DNA of 64,000 nucleotides, taken from the NCBI GenBank assembly GCA_049513575.1, contig JBEKVZ010000005.1:64005-128004 (forward strand), written 5' to 3'. This document shows positions 50,405 through 61,508 of this stretch, piece after piece. Origin of the DNA: Gemmatimonadales bacterium (lineage in GTDB: Bacteria > Gemmatimonadota > Gemmatimonadetes > Gemmatimonadales > JACORV01). The translations under genes were made by a program, and so were the position numbers. How positions within the stretch are numbered: position 1 is the stretch's first letter; every line of letters begins with the position of its first letter. Below the pieces are notes generated by a model, which ran no database searches, had not been told where the DNA came from, and worked only from the letters and a program-made list of their open reading frames with translations.

Positions 50405-51244
50405 ATGGGCATCCGTCAGTTCAAGCCCGTCACCCCGGCGACCCGCTTCCGGATCATCTCCGACTTCGCGGAGATCACGAAGAAGCCGCCGGAGGAGTCG
50501 CTCCTGGAGCCGTTGCGCTCGCAGGGCGGCCGCAACAACCAGGGCCACGTCACGACGCGGTACCGGGGCGGCGGCCACAAGCGGATGTACCGGAAGGTGG
50601 ACTTCCGCCGCAACAAGTTCGGGATCCCGGGGAAGGTGACCGCGATCGAGTACGACCCGAACCGCTCCGCGCGGCTGGCGCTGATCCAGTACGTGGACGG
50701 CGAGAAGCGCTACATCCTGCAGCCGGTCGGCCTGAAGGTGGGCGACGCCGTGGCCGCGGGGCCCGGCGCCGACATCCGGCTCGGGAACGCGGTGCCGCTG
50801 GGCGAGATCCCGCTCGGCACGACGGTACACAACATCGAGCTGAAGCCGGGGCGCGGGGGCCAGATGGCCCGCTCCGCCGGTGCCGGCGCCCAGGTGGTGG
50901 CGAAAGAGGGCGCCATGGTCACCGTGAAGCTGATGAGCGGCGAGGTGCGGCTGATCCGGGCCGAGTGCCTGGCGACCATCGGCCAGGTGGGCCACGTCGA
51001 GCACGAGCTGGAGAGCGTGGGCAAGGCGGGCAAGTCCCGCTGGCTGGGCCGCCGCTCCCGGGTGCGTGGCGTCGCGAAGAACCCGGTGGACCACCCGCTG
51101 GGCGGCGGCGAAGGCAAGTCGAGCGGCGGGCGCCCGCCGGTGAGCCCGTGGGGCAAGCCTGAGGGCGTGAAGACGCGGCACAAGAAGAAGGCGAGCACGA
51201 AACTCATCATCCGCGGCCACAAGCGCGGGAAGGCGACGCAATAA
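50405..51244 (+). CDS. rplB: 50S ribosomal protein L2
   Basis: [19 protein letters not shown]..., [13 protein letters not shown]. Confidence 0.97.
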   Translation: MGIRQFKPVTPATRFRIISDFAEITKKPPEESLLEPLRSQGGRNNQGHVTTRYRGGGHKRMYRKVDFRRNKFGIPGKVTAIEYDPNRSARLALIQYVDGEKRYILQPVGLKVGDAVAAGPGADIRLGNAVPLGEIPLGTTVHNIELKPGRGGQMARSAGAGAQVVAKEGAMVTVKLMSGEVRLIRAECLATIGQVGHVEHELESVGKAGKSRWLGRRSRVRGVAKNPVDHPLGGGEGKSSGGRPPVSPWGKPEGVKTRHKKKASTKLIIRGHKRGKATQ

Positions 51245-51558
51245 TGGCCCGCAGCGTCAAGAAGGGTCCGTACGTGGATGCGCGGTTGCTGGCGCGGATC
51301 CACGACATGAACACAAAGAACGAGAAGCGGGTGCTCAAGACCTGGTCGCGGGCGTCCACGGTGACGCCGGACTTCGTCGGGCACACGCTGGCCGTGCACA
51401 ACGGCAACAAGTTCGTGCCGGTCTACGTGAGCGAGAACATGGTCGGCCACAAGCTCGGCGAGTTCTCGCCGACGCGGATGTTCCGCGGGCACAGCGGCAA
51501 GATGTCGGCCGACAAGAAGGCCAAGCTCGAGGCGGAAGGGACGGCGCCGGCCGAATGA
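51244..51558 (+). CDS. rpsS: 30S ribosomal protein S19
   Basis: [12 protein letters not shown]..., [11 protein letters not shown]. It has a short C-terminal extension. Confidence 0.95.
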   Translation: MARSVKKGPYVDARLLARIHDMNTKNEKRVLKTWSRASTVTPDFVGHTLAVHNGNKFVPVYVSENMVGHKLGEFSPTRMFRGHSGKMSADKKAKLEAEGTAPAE

Positions 51559-51908
51559 CCGAAGCGCGCGCGTATCAGCGGATGCTGCGGCAATCGCCCC
51601 GCAAGGTGCGGCTGGTCGTGGACCTGATCCGCGGCCGCCCGGTGGGCGAGGCGTTCTCGATCCTGAAGTTCTCGAAGAAGGGCGCCGCCAAGCCGGTCTC
51701 CAAGGTCCTGCTCTCGGCCGTGTCGAACGCCCGGCAGAAGGCCGACCGCGCTGCGGAGAAGTTCGACGAGGAGGCGCTGTTCGTGAAGACGGCGATGGTG
51801 GACGAAGGGCCGGCCTTGAAGCGGTTCCAGCCGGCGGCGATGGGACGGGCGACCCCGATGAAGAAGCGCACCAGCCACATCACGATTCTCGTGGCGACGA
51901 AGGAGTAG
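51555..51908 (+). CDS. rplV: 50S ribosomal protein L22
   Basis: [20 protein letters not shown]... Confidence 0.93.
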   Translation: MTEARAYQRMLRQSPRKVRLVVDLIRGRPVGEAFSILKFSKKGAAKPVSKVLLSAVSNARQKADRAAEKFDEEALFVKTAMVDEGPALKRFQPAAMGRATPMKKRTSHITILVATKE

Positions 51909-51910
51909 CT

Positions 51911-52570
51911 GTGGGACAAAAGGTACATCCCCATGGGTTCCGCCTCGGCATCGTCAAGCCGTGGCGCTCGCGCTGGTTCGCCAACCGCGAGTTCCCCGCG
52001 CTGCTCAAGGAGGACGAGCTGATCCGGACCTACCTCCGCACGCGGCTCCAGCACGCGGCGATCTCCGACGTGCACATCGAGCGGAAGCCGGGCAAGGTGC
52101 TGGTCACGGTGCACACCGGCCGGCCGGGCGTGGTGATCGGGAAGCGCGGCGCCGAGGTGGACAAGCTGCGGGACGAGCTGGCGCAGCTGACCTCCAAGGA
52201 GATCGGGATCAACGTCGAGGAGATCAAGCGGCCGGAGCTGGACGCGCAGCTCGTGGCCGACAACGTCGCGCACCAGCTGGCGCAGCGCATCTCCTTCCGC
52301 CGCGCGATGAAGCGGGCGGTGCAGTCGGCGATGCGGATGGGGGCGCAGGGGATCAAGATCAAGTGCGGCGGCCGCCTGGGCGGCGCCGAGATCGCGCGGG
52401 TCGAGGGCTACCACGAGGGGCGCGTGCCGCTGCACACGCTGCGCGCCGACGTGGACTACGCGACCTCGACCGCGAAGACGACCTTCGGCACCATCGGGGT
52501 CAAGACCTGGATCTTCAAGGGTGAGGTCGTGGAGGACGCGCGCGGCCGCACCTACAGCACGGGGGCGTAG
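51911..52570 (+). CDS. rpsC: 30S ribosomal protein S3
   Basis: [24 protein letters not shown]... Confidence 0.96.
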   Translation: MGQKVHPHGFRLGIVKPWRSRWFANREFPALLKEDELIRTYLRTRLQHAAISDVHIERKPGKVLVTVHTGRPGVVIGKRGAEVDKLRDELAQLTSKEIGINVEEIKRPELDAQLVADNVAHQLAQRISFRRAMKRAVQSAMRMGAQGIKIKCGGRLGGAEIARVEGYHEGRVPLHTLRADVDYATSTAKTTFGTIGVKTWIFKGEVVEDARGRTYSTGA

Positions 52571-52573
52571 GCG

Positions 52574-52984
<411 letters not shown>

Positions 52985-52988
52985 GGCC

Positions 52989-53207
52989 GTGGCGCTGACC
53001 AAGCTGACCCTGGCGCAGATCCGCGAGCTGACGGACGCGGAGCTGGCGGCCAAGCTGGCCGAGTACCGGAAGGAGGGCTTCTCGCTCCGCTTCAAGGCGG
53101 CGACCGAGGTCCTCGGCAACCCGATGGACATCCAGACCGCGCGCCGTACGGTGGCCCGTCTGATGACGGTGCAGGCCGAGCGCGCGGCCAAGAAGAAGGT
53201 GCAATGA
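52989..53207 (+). CDS. rpmC: 50S ribosomal protein L29
   Basis: Operon position and an L29-like helical sequence. GTG start. Confidence 0.88.
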   Translation: MALTKLTLAQIRELTDAELAAKLAEYRKEGFSLRFKAATEVLGNPMDIQTARRTVARLMTVQAERAAKKKVQ

Positions 53208-53473
53208 GCGAGGCGCAGCAGACGCGCGGGCAGCGCAAGACCCGCACCGGCCTGGTGACCAGCGACAAGATGCACAAGTCGGTAGTCGTCACCCTGACGC
53301 GGCGGGTCACGCACGGGCTTTACGGCAAGCAGTCCACCCGGACCCGGAGCGTGGTGGCCCACGACGAGAAGAACGAGGCCAAGGTCGGCGACCTGGTCCG
53401 CATCGTGGAGACGCGGCCGCTGTCGAAGACGAAGCGGTGGCGGGTGGTCGAGATCGTCGAGCGGGCGAAGTAG
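53204..53473 (+). CDS. rpsQ: 30S ribosomal protein S17
   Basis: [16 protein letters not shown]...[27 protein letters not shown]. Confidence 0.94.
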   Translation: MSEAQQTRGQRKTRTGLVTSDKMHKSVVVTLTRRVTHGLYGKQSTRTRSVVAHDEKNEAKVGDLVRIVETRPLSKTKRWRVVEIVERAK

Positions 53474-53487
53474 GGGAGGGGCGGACC

Positions 53488-53856
53488 GTGGTCCAGCAGG
53501 AAACGATCGTCAAGATCGCCGACAACTCGGGCGCCAAGCGGGCGCTGGTGATCCGCGTCCTCGGCGGCTCGAAGCGCCGGTACGCCGGCCTCGGGGACGT
53601 GGTGATCGTCGCCATCAAGGATGCGCTCCCCACCGGCACGGTGAAGAAGGGCGAGGTGGCGCGCGCCGTCGTGGTGCGCACCGCCAAGGAGACGCGGCGC
53701 AAGGACGGCAGCTACATCCGCTTCGACGAGAACGCCGCGGTCATCATCGACGAGAACAACGAGCCCCGGGCGACCCGCATCTTCGGGCCGGTGGGCCGCG
53801 AGCTCAGGGAGAAGCGGTTCATGAAGATCGTCTCGCTCGCGCCGGAGGTCCTCTAG
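53488..53856 (+). CDS. rplN: 50S ribosomal protein L14
   Basis: GTG 53488 gives (M)[16 protein letters not shown]..., the canonical L14 N-terminus. Confidence 0.94.
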   Translation: MVQQETIVKIADNSGAKRALVIRVLGGSKRRYAGLGDVVIVAIKDALPTGTVKKGEVARAVVVRTAKETRRKDGSYIRFDENAAVIIDENNEPRATRIFGPVGRELREKRFMKIVSLAPEVL

Positions 53857-53857
53857 C

Positions 53858-54247
53858 ATGCGCCTCCTGGTCTATCGCAAGCGCGCGCACCACAAGCGGA
53901 GCCCCGAGCGGGTGCCGCGGGCGAAGCTGCACATCACCAAGGGCGACACGGTGGTGGTGATCTCGGGCGAGGAGAAGGGGAAGCGCGGCAAGGTGCTGCG
54001 CGCCATCCCGACGAAGCGGCAGGTGGTGGTGGAAGGGATCAACATCGCCAAGCGGCACCGCCGCGCGCGGCAGCAGGGTGAGGAGAGCCAGATCGTGGAG
54101 TTCCCAGCCCCGATGGCGGCGTCGAAGGTGATGCTGATCGACCCGAAGGACGACAAGCCGACGCGCGTGCGCCGGCGCGTGGATACGGACGGAACGGTGG
54201 AGCGCGTATCGGTGCGCTCCGGCGAGCCGATTCCGAGGAACCGGTAG
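53858..54247 (+). CDS. rplX: 50S ribosomal protein L24
   Basis: KOW motif ITKGDTVVVISGEEKGKRGKV. The exact start is uncertain. Confidence 0.9.
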   Translation: MRLLVYRKRAHHKRSPERVPRAKLHITKGDTVVVISGEEKGKRGKVLRAIPTKRQVVVEGINIAKRHRRARQQGEESQIVEFPAPMAASKVMLIDPKDDKPTRVRRRVDTDGTVERVSVRSGEPIPRNR

Positions 54248-54252
54248 GAGCC

Positions 54253-54996
54253 ATGGCCGAGACGGACGAGAAGGGCGGCGCCGAGCCGACGGAGGCGAAG
54301 GAGCCGAAGCAGCCCAAGGCCGAGAAGGAGCAGAAGCAGAAGGGCCAGAAGGGCGGCAAGGGCGGCAAGGGTGGCGGGGGCAAGGAAGCGCCGGCGGAGC
54401 CGGCGGGTCCGCCGCCGGTCTACGAGCCCGCGCCCCCGGCCCGGTTGCACCTGCACTACCTGGAGCGCGCGCGGCCCGCGCTGGCGCGCACCTTCGGCTT
54501 CACCAACCCGCACCAGATCCCGCGGGTGGTAAAGGTGGTGCTGAACGTCGGGCTGGGCGAGGCGCCCAAGGCGCCAAAGGCGCTGGAGGCGATCGTCGCC
54601 GAGCTGGGCGCGATCACCGGCCAGCGGCCGCTGGTGACGAAGGCGAAGAAGGCGATCTCGAACTTCTCGATCCGGGCGGGTGTGCCGCTCGGGGCCTGCG
54701 TGACGCTGCGCGGCGCGCGGATGTGGGAGTTCCTCGACCGCTTCATCAACATCGCGGTGCCGCGCATCCGCGACTTCCGCGGGCTGCCGACGCGGAGCTT
54801 CGACGGCCGGGGCAACTACACGATCGGGCTCAAGGAGCAGATGGTCTTCCCGGAGATCGACTTCGACAAGGTCGAGCGGATCCACGGGATGGACATCACG
54901 ATCGTCACCGACGCCGGCCGCGACGACGTGGCCATGGCGTTGCTGAGGGAGCTGGGCATGCCGTTCGCCGGCGAGCAGCCGGCGGCGGTGGCCTGA
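54253..54996 (+). CDS. rplE: 50S ribosomal protein L5 with ~63 aa Lys/Gly/Glu/Pro-rich N-terminal extension
   Basis: AGGAG lies upstream of ATG 54253. The L5 core starts at [14 protein letters not shown]. An alternative internal TTG (54445) would leave a 198-nt gap, which would be atypical for this operon. Confidence 0.85.
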   Translation: MAETDEKGGAEPTEAKEPKQPKAEKEQKQKGQKGGKGGKGGGGKEAPAEPAGPPPVYEPAPPARLHLHYLERARPALARTFGFTNPHQIPRVVKVVLNVGLGEAPKAPKALEAIVAELGAITGQRPLVTKAKKAISNFSIRAGVPLGACVTLRGARMWEFLDRFINIAVPRIRDFRGLPTRSFDGRGNYTIGLKEQMVFPEIDFDKVERIHGMDITIVTDAGRDDVAMALLRELGMPFAGEQPAAVA

Positions 54997-55009
54997 AAGG
55001 GCGGAGGCG

Positions 55010-55195
55010 ATGGCGAAGAAGTGCTGGATCGAGAAGGTCAAGAAGACGCCGAAGTTTAAGGTGCGGGCGTACCACCGCTGCCAGCGATGCGGGCGATCCC
55101 GCGCGACGCTGCGCAAGTTCGGGCTGTGCCGCATCTGCTTCCGGGACCTGGCCCTCAGGGGCGAGATCCCGGGCGTGCGCAAGAGCAGCTGGTGA
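55010..55195 (+). CDS. rpsZ: 30S ribosomal protein S14 type Z (zinc-binding)
   Basis: 61 aa with CxxC...CxxC (CQRCGRS...CRICFR). Confidence 0.93.
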   Translation: MAKKCWIEKVKKTPKFKVRAYHRCQRCGRSRATLRKFGLCRICFRDLALRGEIPGVRKSSW

Positions 55196-55237
55196 CCGGG
55201 ATTCGGATTTTCCGTTGAGGAGGAGTCGAGCGAAACT

Positions 55238-55636
55238 ATGGGAATGACCGATCCCGTCGCAGACATGCTGACGCGCATCCGCAACGCGTGCCTGGCACGG
55301 CACCGGCGGGTGGACATGCCGGTCTCCAAGCTGAAGACGGAGATCGCGCGCCTGCTGCGCGACAACCACTACATTCAGGACTTCGCGGTCGTGGACGACG
55401 GCCGCCACGGACTACTGCGCCTGTTCCTCAAGTACCACGACGGGGACGAGCCGGTGATCAGTGAGCTCAAGCGCGTCTCGGCCCCGGGGCTGCGCCGCTA
55501 TGTCGGCGTGCGGCAGATCCCGCGGGTGCGCAACGGGCTGGGCATGGCGATCCTCTCGACGCCCCGCGGCCTGATGAGCGACCGCGACGCGCGCCTGGCC
55601 CATGTCGGCGGCGAATTGCTCGCCGTGGTCTGGTAG
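55238..55636 (+). CDS. rpsH: 30S ribosomal protein S8
   Basis: TDPVADMLTRIRNA... Confidence 0.95.
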   Translation: MGMTDPVADMLTRIRNACLARHRRVDMPVSKLKTEIARLLRDNHYIQDFAVVDDGRHGLLRLFLKYHDGDEPVISELKRVSAPGLRRYVGVRQIPRVRNGLGMAILSTPRGLMSDRDARLAHVGGELLAVVW

Positions 55637-55644
55637 GAGGCGCC

Positions 55645-56199
55645 GTGTCCCGCATCGGCAGGAAGCCCGTCCCGATCCCCAAGGGCGTCACCGCCTCGGT
55701 GGCGGGGAACCGGGTGGCGATCAAGGGGCCCAAGGGCGAGCTGCATTTCGACGTGCACGCGGAGCTGGGCGTGAAGGTGGAGGGGAGCGACGTGGTCGTG
55801 ACCCGTCCCACCGACTCGACCTGGCACAAGTCGCTCCACGGGCTGTCGCGCACCCTGGTGGCCAACATGGTCGAGGGCGTCACCAAGGGGTACGAGAAGC
55901 AGCTCGAGATCGTGGGCGTCGGGTACCGGGCGGAGACCAAGCCGTACGGCGTGCTGCTGACGGTGGGGTACTCGCATCCGGTGGAGTTCAAGGCGCCGGC
56001 CGGGATCACGATCACGGCCGAGCAGCCGACGGTGGTGAAGGTCAAGGGAAGCGACAAGGAGCTGGTGGGCCGGGTGGCCGCGGAGATCCGCGCGGTGCGC
56101 CCACCTGAGCCGTACAAGGGCAAGGGGATCCGCTACACCGGCGAGCACGTCCGGCGCAAGGCCGGCAAGACGGGCGCGGGAGCGACGGCGAAGGCATGA
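55645..56199 (+). CDS. rplF: 50S ribosomal protein L6
   Basis: [15 protein letters not shown]..., GTG start. Confidence 0.95.
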   Translation: MSRIGRKPVPIPKGVTASVAGNRVAIKGPKGELHFDVHAELGVKVEGSDVVVTRPTDSTWHKSLHGLSRTLVANMVEGVTKGYEKQLEIVGVGYRAETKPYGVLLTVGYSHPVEFKAPAGITITAEQPTVVKVKGSDKELVGRVAAEIRAVRPPEPYKGKGIRYTGEHVRRKAGKTGAGATAKA

Positions 56200-56567
56200 G
56201 ACCGGTCCGGAAACCGAAATCGGCGGACGAGCACCGCCGCCGCCGGCACCTCAGGGTGCGGCGCAAGGTGCGCGGCAGCGCGGAGCGGCCGCGCCTCGTG
56301 GTGTACCGCTCCCTCAAGCACATCTACGCGCAGCTGGTGGACGACGACCGCGGCGTGGTCCTGCTCGGCGTGGCGGACAACAGCGAGAAGGTGGAGTCCA
56401 CGGGCAAGGGGAAGACCGGCAAGGGATTCGCGGTCGGCCTGGCGGTCGCGGGGCGGGCGAAGGAGCGGGGCATCACCAGGGTGGTGTTCGATCGGGCGGG
56501 TTACGCCTATCACGGTCGCGTCAAGGCGGTGGCCGACGGCGCGCGCAAGGGCGGATTGGAGTTCTAG
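56196..56567 (+). CDS. rplR: 50S ribosomal protein L18
   Basis: [31 protein letters not shown]... Confidence 0.94.
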   Translation: MRPVRKPKSADEHRRRRHLRVRRKVRGSAERPRLVVYRSLKHIYAQLVDDDRGVVLLGVADNSEKVESTGKGKTGKGFAVGLAVAGRAKERGITRVVFDRAGYAYHGRVKAVADGARKGGLEF

Positions 56568-56570
56568 CGC

Positions 56571-57182
56571 ATGGCGGAGCGGGGGCAGGGGCAGGGGCAG
56601 GGGCAGCCACAGCAGCAGCCGCACCGCGGTGAGCCGCGGCGGGACCGCCGCGATCGCGACCGGGACCGCGAGGGCGAGCTGATCGAGAACGTGATCAGCA
56701 TCAACCGCGTGGCGAAGGTGGTGAAGGGCGGCCGGCGCTTCAGCTTCAACGCGCTGGTCGCGGTGGGCGACGCGGCGGGCCACGTGGGCGTGGCCACGGG
56801 GAAAGCGAACGAGGTCAGCGAGGCGGTGCGCAAGGCCGTCGAGGCGGCGCGCAAGCAGATGGTCGGTGTGCCGCGCACCGGCGTGACCATCCCGCACGAC
56901 GTGCTCGGCAAGCACGGCGCGGGGCGCGTGCTCCTCAAGCCGGCGGCCCCGGGGACCGGCGTGATCGCCGGCGGCCCGGTGCGCGCCGTCCTCGAGTGCG
57001 CGGGTGTCCAGGACATCCTGACGAAGAGCCTCGGCAGCAACAACCCGCACAACATGGTGCGGGCCACGATGGACGGGCTGAAGAACCTGACCACCGTGCA
57101 GCGGGTCGCGCGCGACCGGGGCGTGGAAGTCGCGACGCTCTCGTACCGAGCGCGCCAGGGAGAGCCGAACCGTGCCGTCTAA
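56571..57182 (+). CDS. rpsE: 30S ribosomal protein S5 (with Gly/Gln and Arg/Asp-rich N-terminal extension)
   Basis: S5 core is [27 protein letters not shown]. Confidence 0.94.
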   Translation: MAERGQGQGQGQPQQQPHRGEPRRDRRDRDRDREGELIENVISINRVAKVVKGGRRFSFNALVAVGDAAGHVGVATGKANEVSEAVRKAVEAARKQMVGVPRTGVTIPHDVLGKHGAGRVLLKPAAPGTGVIAGGPVRAVLECAGVQDILTKSLGSNNPHNMVRATMDGLKNLTTVQRVARDRGVEVATLSYRARQGEPNRAV

Positions 57183-57396
57183 GGCGAAGACCCCGGGCGG
57201 CGACGGGAGCGGCAAGCTCCGCGTCAAGCAGGTGCGGAGCGGGATCGGGCACCCGAAGGGGCACCGGGCGACGCTGCGATCCATCGGGCTCAAGCACCAC
57301 CAGGACGTGGTGATCGTGCCCGATACGCCGTCGGTGCGGGGCATGCTGAACAAGGTGCGCCACCTCGTCGAGGTGACGCCGGTCGCGGAGGCGTGA
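57172..57396 (+). CDS. rpmD: 50S ribosomal protein L30
   Basis: [28 protein letters not shown] start overlaps the rpsE end. Confidence 0.88.
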   Translation: MPSKAKTPGGDGSGKLRVKQVRSGIGHPKGHRATLRSIGLKHHQDVVIVPDTPSVRGMLNKVRHLVEVTPVAEA

Positions 57397-57848
57397 TGGC
57401 GGAGAAGATCACCAGGATCGGGCTGGACACGCTGAAGCCGCCGCACGGCTCCACGCACCCGACCAAGCGGAAGGGCCGTGGCCCCGGCTCGGGGCACGGC
57501 AAGACGGCCGGCCACGGCCACAAGGGCCAGAAGGCGCGGACCGGCGGGCACGTGCGCCCCGGCTTCGAGGGCGGGCAGATGCCGCTGATCCGGCGCGTCC
57601 CCAAGCGCGGCTTCACGAATCCGTTCAAGGTCGAGGCGCGGGCAGTGAACCTCGAGGCCCTGAAGGCGTTCGCGGGCCGCGAGGTCACGGCGGCGTCCCT
57701 CGCCGAGGCCGGCCTCGCCCGCGCAGGCGAGCCGATCAAGCTGCTCGCCGACGGTGACGCCCCGCAGGGGCTGGTCGTCAAGGGGCTCAAGGTGTCCGCC
57801 GCCGCGAGGGCCAAGATCGAGGCCGCCGGCGGGCGCATCGAGGAGTAA
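57393..57848 (+). CDS. rplO: 50S ribosomal protein L15
   Basis: [24 protein letters not shown]... Confidence 0.94.
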   Translation: MMAEKITRIGLDTLKPPHGSTHPTKRKGRGPGSGHGKTAGHGHKGQKARTGGHVRPGFEGGQMPLIRRVPKRGFTNPFKVEARAVNLEALKAFAGREVTAASLAEAGLARAGEPIKLLADGDAPQGLVVKGLKVSAAARAKIEAAGGRIEE

Positions 57849-57851
57849 CGC

Positions 57852-59165
57852 GTGAGCGGACCGCGGATCCCGAACCTCTTCAAGATCCCCGAGCTCAAAG
57901 AGAAGATTCTCTTCACGCTCCTGTGCCTCCTGCTGTACCGCATCGGGGCGCACATCACCGTGCCGGGCGTGGACGTCAACGCGCTGAAGGAGTTCTTCGG
58001 CCGCAGCCAGGGCGGCGGCCTGCTCGGCATGTACGACATGTTCGTCGGCGGCGGCCTCTCGCGCGCCACCGTGATGGCCCTCGGCATCATGCCGTACATC
58101 TCCTCCAGCATCTTCTGGCAGCTAATGGGCGCCGTCTTCCCGACGGTCGAGAAGCTCCAGCGCGAGGAGGAGGGGCGGAAGAAGATCACCCAGTGGACCC
58201 GTTACCTCACGGTGGGGCTGGCGGCGGGGCAGGCGTGGGGCGTCGCGGTCTTCGTCGAGAGTCTCCAGGGCGCCGTGGCGACCCCGGGCTGGAGCTTCCG
58301 CATCACCACGGCCTTCGTGCTCACGGTGGGCGCGATCTTCGTGATGTGGCTCGGCGAGCAGATCACCGAGCGCGGTCTCGGCAACGGGATGAGCCTCCTG
58401 ATCTTCTTCTCGATCGTCGAAGGCGGCTGGCCGGCCATCGGCAAGACGCTCGAGTACTACCGCACCGGCGCGGTGGACCTGCCGAAGCTGCTGGTGCTCG
58501 CCGTGATCATGCTGATCGTGGTCTGGGTGACCGTGGCGATCACCGTCGCGGCGCGCCGCATCCCGATCCAGATCCCGCGCAAGGTGATGGGCCGCGGGCG
58601 GATCCGCGAAGGGCAGAAGTCGTTCATCCCGCTCCGCATCAACTCGGCGGGCGTGATGCCGATCGTCTTCGCGCAGTCCATCATCATCGTGCCGGGCACG
58701 CTGGCGCAGTTCTCCAACGTGCAGGCGCTCCGGGACCTCTCGGAGTACTTCCAGCCGGGCTCGTGGATCTACTACGTGCTGTACACCGTGCTGATCGTCT
58801 TCTTCACCTACTTCTACACGGCGATCATCTTCAACCCGGTGGACCTGTCGGAGAACCTGAAGAAGCAGGGCGGGTTCATCCCGGGCGTGAAGCCGGGCTC
58901 GCGCACGGCCGAGTACATCGACCACGTGCTGTCGCGCGTCACGCTGCCGGGCGCGATCTTCCTCACCGCCATCGCGGTGATGCCGATCATCATCTTCGAC
59001 GCGTTCAACGTCCCGTTCCGCTTCGGCGGCACCGCGCTGCTGATCGTCGTGGGCGTGGCCCTCGACACGGTGCAGCAGATGCAGCAGCACATGATCCTGC
59101 GGCAGTACGACGGGTTCATGAAGGAAGGCCGCGTCAAGTTCCGGGGACGACAGCGGTATATGTAG
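57852..59165 (+). CDS. secY: Preprotein translocase subunit SecY
   Basis: 10-TM SecY sequence (GIMPYISSSIFWQLM..., ITERGLGNGMSLLIF). Confidence 0.97.
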   Translation: MSGPRIPNLFKIPELKEKILFTLLCLLLYRIGAHITVPGVDVNALKEFFGRSQGGGLLGMYDMFVGGGLSRATVMALGIMPYISSSIFWQLMGAVFPTVEKLQREEEGRKKITQWTRYLTVGLAAGQAWGVAVFVESLQGAVATPGWSFRITTAFVLTVGAIFVMWLGEQITERGLGNGMSLLIFFSIVEGGWPAIGKTLEYYRTGAVDLPKLLVLAVIMLIVVWVTVAITVAARRIPIQIPRKVMGRGRIREGQKSFIPLRINSAGVMPIVFAQSIIIVPGTLAQFSNVQALRDLSEYFQPGSWIYYVLYTVLIVFFTYFYTAIIFNPVDLSENLKKQGGFIPGVKPGSRTAEYIDHVLSRVTLPGAIFLTAIAVMPIIIFDAFNVPFRFGGTALLIVVGVALDTVQQMQQHMILRQYDGFMKEGRVKFRGRQRYM

Positions 59166-59168
59166 CGC

Positions 59169-59316
59169 GAGGTGAGACGTGAGGGGAACGAGTGAGACGG
59201 CGGGGTGAGACGTAAGAGGACTCCGTCAGAGGTGAGGGGGCGATTCCCCTCACCTCTTTCGCATTTGCCCTTCTCACGTCTCACGATATCTTCTCACGCC
59301 TTATCCGTCTCACCTC
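59169..59316. repeat. ~150-nt nested imperfect palindrome built from GTGAGAC/GTGAGRG words (secY-adk spacer)
   Basis: Three nested pairings: 59169-59179/59306-59316 (11 bp), 59205-59219/59268-59284 (imperfect), and 59228-59239/59246-59257 (12 bp perfect, AGAGGTGAGGGG/CCCCTCACCTCT). Confidence 0.6.
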
Positions 59317-59337
59317 TCACGCTTCTTGGAGCCGCCA

Positions 59338-59901
59338 ATGTACCTGATGATCCTGGGAGCGCCTGGATCAGGAAAAGGAACCCAAGGCAAGTTGCTGGCC
59401 GAGCATCTGCAGGTCCCCGAAGTCTCGACCGGCGAGCTGCTGCGCGCGGCGGTGAAGCAGGGAACGCCGCTTGGCAAGCAGGCGAAGACGTACATGGACC
59501 GGGGGGAGCTGGTCCCCGACGACGTCATTCTCGGTTTGATCCGCGAGATCCTGGACGCGAAGGGGGCGACGCGGGGCATGATGATGGACGGCTTCCCGCG
59601 CACCGTGGCGCAGGCGAAGGCGGTGGACAAGCTCCTCGCCGAGAAGAAGGCGAAGGTGGACCGGGTGGTGCTGCTCGACGTCTCGGAGGAGGAGCTGATC
59701 AAGCGGCTACTGGCTCGTGCGGCGAAGGAAGGGCGGAGCGACGACAACCTCGAATCGATCAAGACGCGGCTCAAGGTGTACCACGATCAGACGCAGCCGC
59801 TGATCGCCTACTACGAGAAGCAGGGCGTCGTGCGGCGCGTCCCCGGGATGGGGAGCGTGGACGACATCCAGAAGCGGGCGCGGGAGGCACTGAAGGCGTG
59901 A
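59338..59901 (+). CDS. adk: Adenylate kinase
   Basis: MYLMILGAPGSGKGTQ... with a short (no-zinc) lid. The ATG at 59338 is preferred over TTG 59326. Confidence 0.95.
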   Translation: MYLMILGAPGSGKGTQGKLLAEHLQVPEVSTGELLRAAVKQGTPLGKQAKTYMDRGELVPDDVILGLIREILDAKGATRGMMMDGFPRTVAQAKAVDKLLAEKKAKVDRVVLLDVSEEELIKRLLARAAKEGRSDDNLESIKTRLKVYHDQTQPLIAYYEKQGVVRRVPGMGSVDDIQKRAREALKA

Positions 59902-60671
59902 TCACGGTCAAGTCGCCGCGCGAGGTGGAGCTGATGGCCCGCGCCGGCAGCATCGTGGCCGACGTGTTGGCGCTGGTGCGCTCGAAGACGGCGCCCGGTG
60001 TTTCCACCTGGGAGCTGGACCGGATCGCCGAGGAGTTCATCCGCTCCCACGACGGCGCGACGCCCTCGTTCAAGGGACTTTACGGTTTCCCCGCGACGCT
60101 CTGTACCTCGATCAACGCGGAGGTGGTGCACGGGATCCCGTCGAAGAAGCGGGTCCTGTCCGAGGGCGACATCGTGAGCGTGGACGTGGGGGCGTGCGTG
60201 GGCGGCCTGCACGGCGACAGCGCGATCACGGTCCCGGTAGGGGAGATCTCCGCCGACGCCCAGCGGCTGCTGGACACGACGCAGCGCTGTCTGGCGGCGG
60301 GGATCGCCGCCGCACGCGCCGGCGGGCACGTCGGCGACATCGGCGCCGCGGTGCAGGCCGTGGCCGATGCCGAGCGGTTCGGCGTCGTGCGCGAGCTGGT
60401 GGGGCACGGGATCGGCTCGCAGTTCCACGAGGAGCCGCAGGTGCCGAACTACGGCCAGCCGCACCGCGGCCCCCGGCTGGTGGCGGGGATGACGATCGCG
60501 ATCGAGCCGATGATCAATTTGGGCGGGCCGGAAGTCCGCACCTTGGGCGACAAGTGGACCGTGGTGACGGCCGACGGCTCGCTCTCCGCCCACTTCGAGC
60601 ACACCGTTCTCATCACCGAGAACGGCGCGCGCATCCTCACCCAGCAGCAGCCGGCGTACCATACCGCGTAG
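59898..60671 (+). CDS. map: Methionine aminopeptidase type I
   Basis: GTG 59898 overlaps the adk stop. Metal-ligand motifs are DIVSVDVG, HGIG, IEPM and EHT. Confidence 0.95.
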   Translation: MITVKSPREVELMARAGSIVADVLALVRSKTAPGVSTWELDRIAEEFIRSHDGATPSFKGLYGFPATLCTSINAEVVHGIPSKKRVLSEGDIVSVDVGACVGGLHGDSAITVPVGEISADAQRLLDTTQRCLAAGIAAARAGGHVGDIGAAVQAVADAERFGVVRELVGHGIGSQFHEEPQVPNYGQPHRGPRLVAGMTIAIEPMINLGGPEVRTLGDKWTVVTADGSLSAHFEHTVLITENGARILTQQQPAYHTA

Positions 60672-60692
60672 CTCTCGCCCCCGGCCCCTGCC

Positions 60693-61481
60693 ATGCAACT
60701 AGCGCCCTCGGCCGCCGCAGCGCTCGCAGCGTGCGGCGCGCTGGTTGGCTGGGCGTGCGCGGCGCATCCCCGCCCCCGGGCCGCGGTCCCGCTGAGGGCC
60801 GAGGCCGTCGGCGCGGTCGAGACCTACGGCCCCGGGCTCGTGGCGACGGACGACTCCGGCGAGACGGTGACGTTCGGGCTCCTGGCTTCGGCGGGCGTAA
60901 CCGTCATGCGGGTGTGGCCGGGGTGGCGCCTCGAGCTGCTCTATCCGACGCGCAATCGCGACACTACCTATTTCCAGACGGGCACGCACGTCGTGCAGGT
61001 GCCGCGACCGGTTCCCTGGGATACGCTGGTGCTGCGGCCGCCGGTGGCGCGCGGCGGCCAGGCCGCGCGCGAGCAGGAAGCCCAGCGCTGCATCTCCAGC
61101 GAGCTGCAGGGCCTGAGGCCGCCGCCTGAGCCCCGCAGGGTCGCCGACTCGACGAAGCAGGCGCAGAACCCGCCGATGCCCGTGTATTACCCTTTCTCCG
61201 GCGCGATCGAGGATCAGTGCCGCAGGGCCGCGGGGTTGGTGGACACGGCGCCAGCGCGGCGGGATTCGCTCGTGAAACGCGGCAGGGAGTACTACCTTGT
61301 GCTGGTGGCCTCGGACCTGCCTCAGGACGCGGGCCACGTGCAACTGAAGCTCGCCGGAATGGACATCGCGCAGTCCACCGCGCTGTCGGTGCTGCAGGCG
61401 CTACCGGGGGTCCTGGCGGGCTCGGCGGCGCACACCTGGGCGGCGTACGTGGCGCGGGTGCACGCGCGGGCCGGGCCGTGA
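60693..61481 (+). CDS. Putative lipoprotein, copy A of a duplicated gene
   Basis: Signal/lipobox-like N-terminus (LAACG...WAC). The 262 aa protein is paralogous to 61739..62503 at both termini. Confidence 0.6.
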   Translation: MQLAPSAAAALAACGALVGWACAAHPRPRAAVPLRAEAVGAVETYGPGLVATDDSGETVTFGLLASAGVTVMRVWPGWRLELLYPTRNRDTTYFQTGTHVVQVPRPVPWDTLVLRPPVARGGQAAREQEAQRCISSELQGLRPPPEPRRVADSTKQAQNPPMPVYYPFSGAIEDQCRRAAGLVDTAPARRDSLVKRGREYYLVLVASDLPQDAGHVQLKLAGMDIAQSTALSVLQALPGVLAGSAAHTWAAYVARVHARAGP

Positions 61482-61508
61482 CGACCCGCTCCCGGGTCGC
61501 GGCCGGCG

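Noticed and set aside
59205-59897. N-terminal 231 codons of track ORF 59205..60671
   Set aside because: This part runs through the secY-adk palindrome and across adk in another frame. The real gene is map, starting at GTG 59898.
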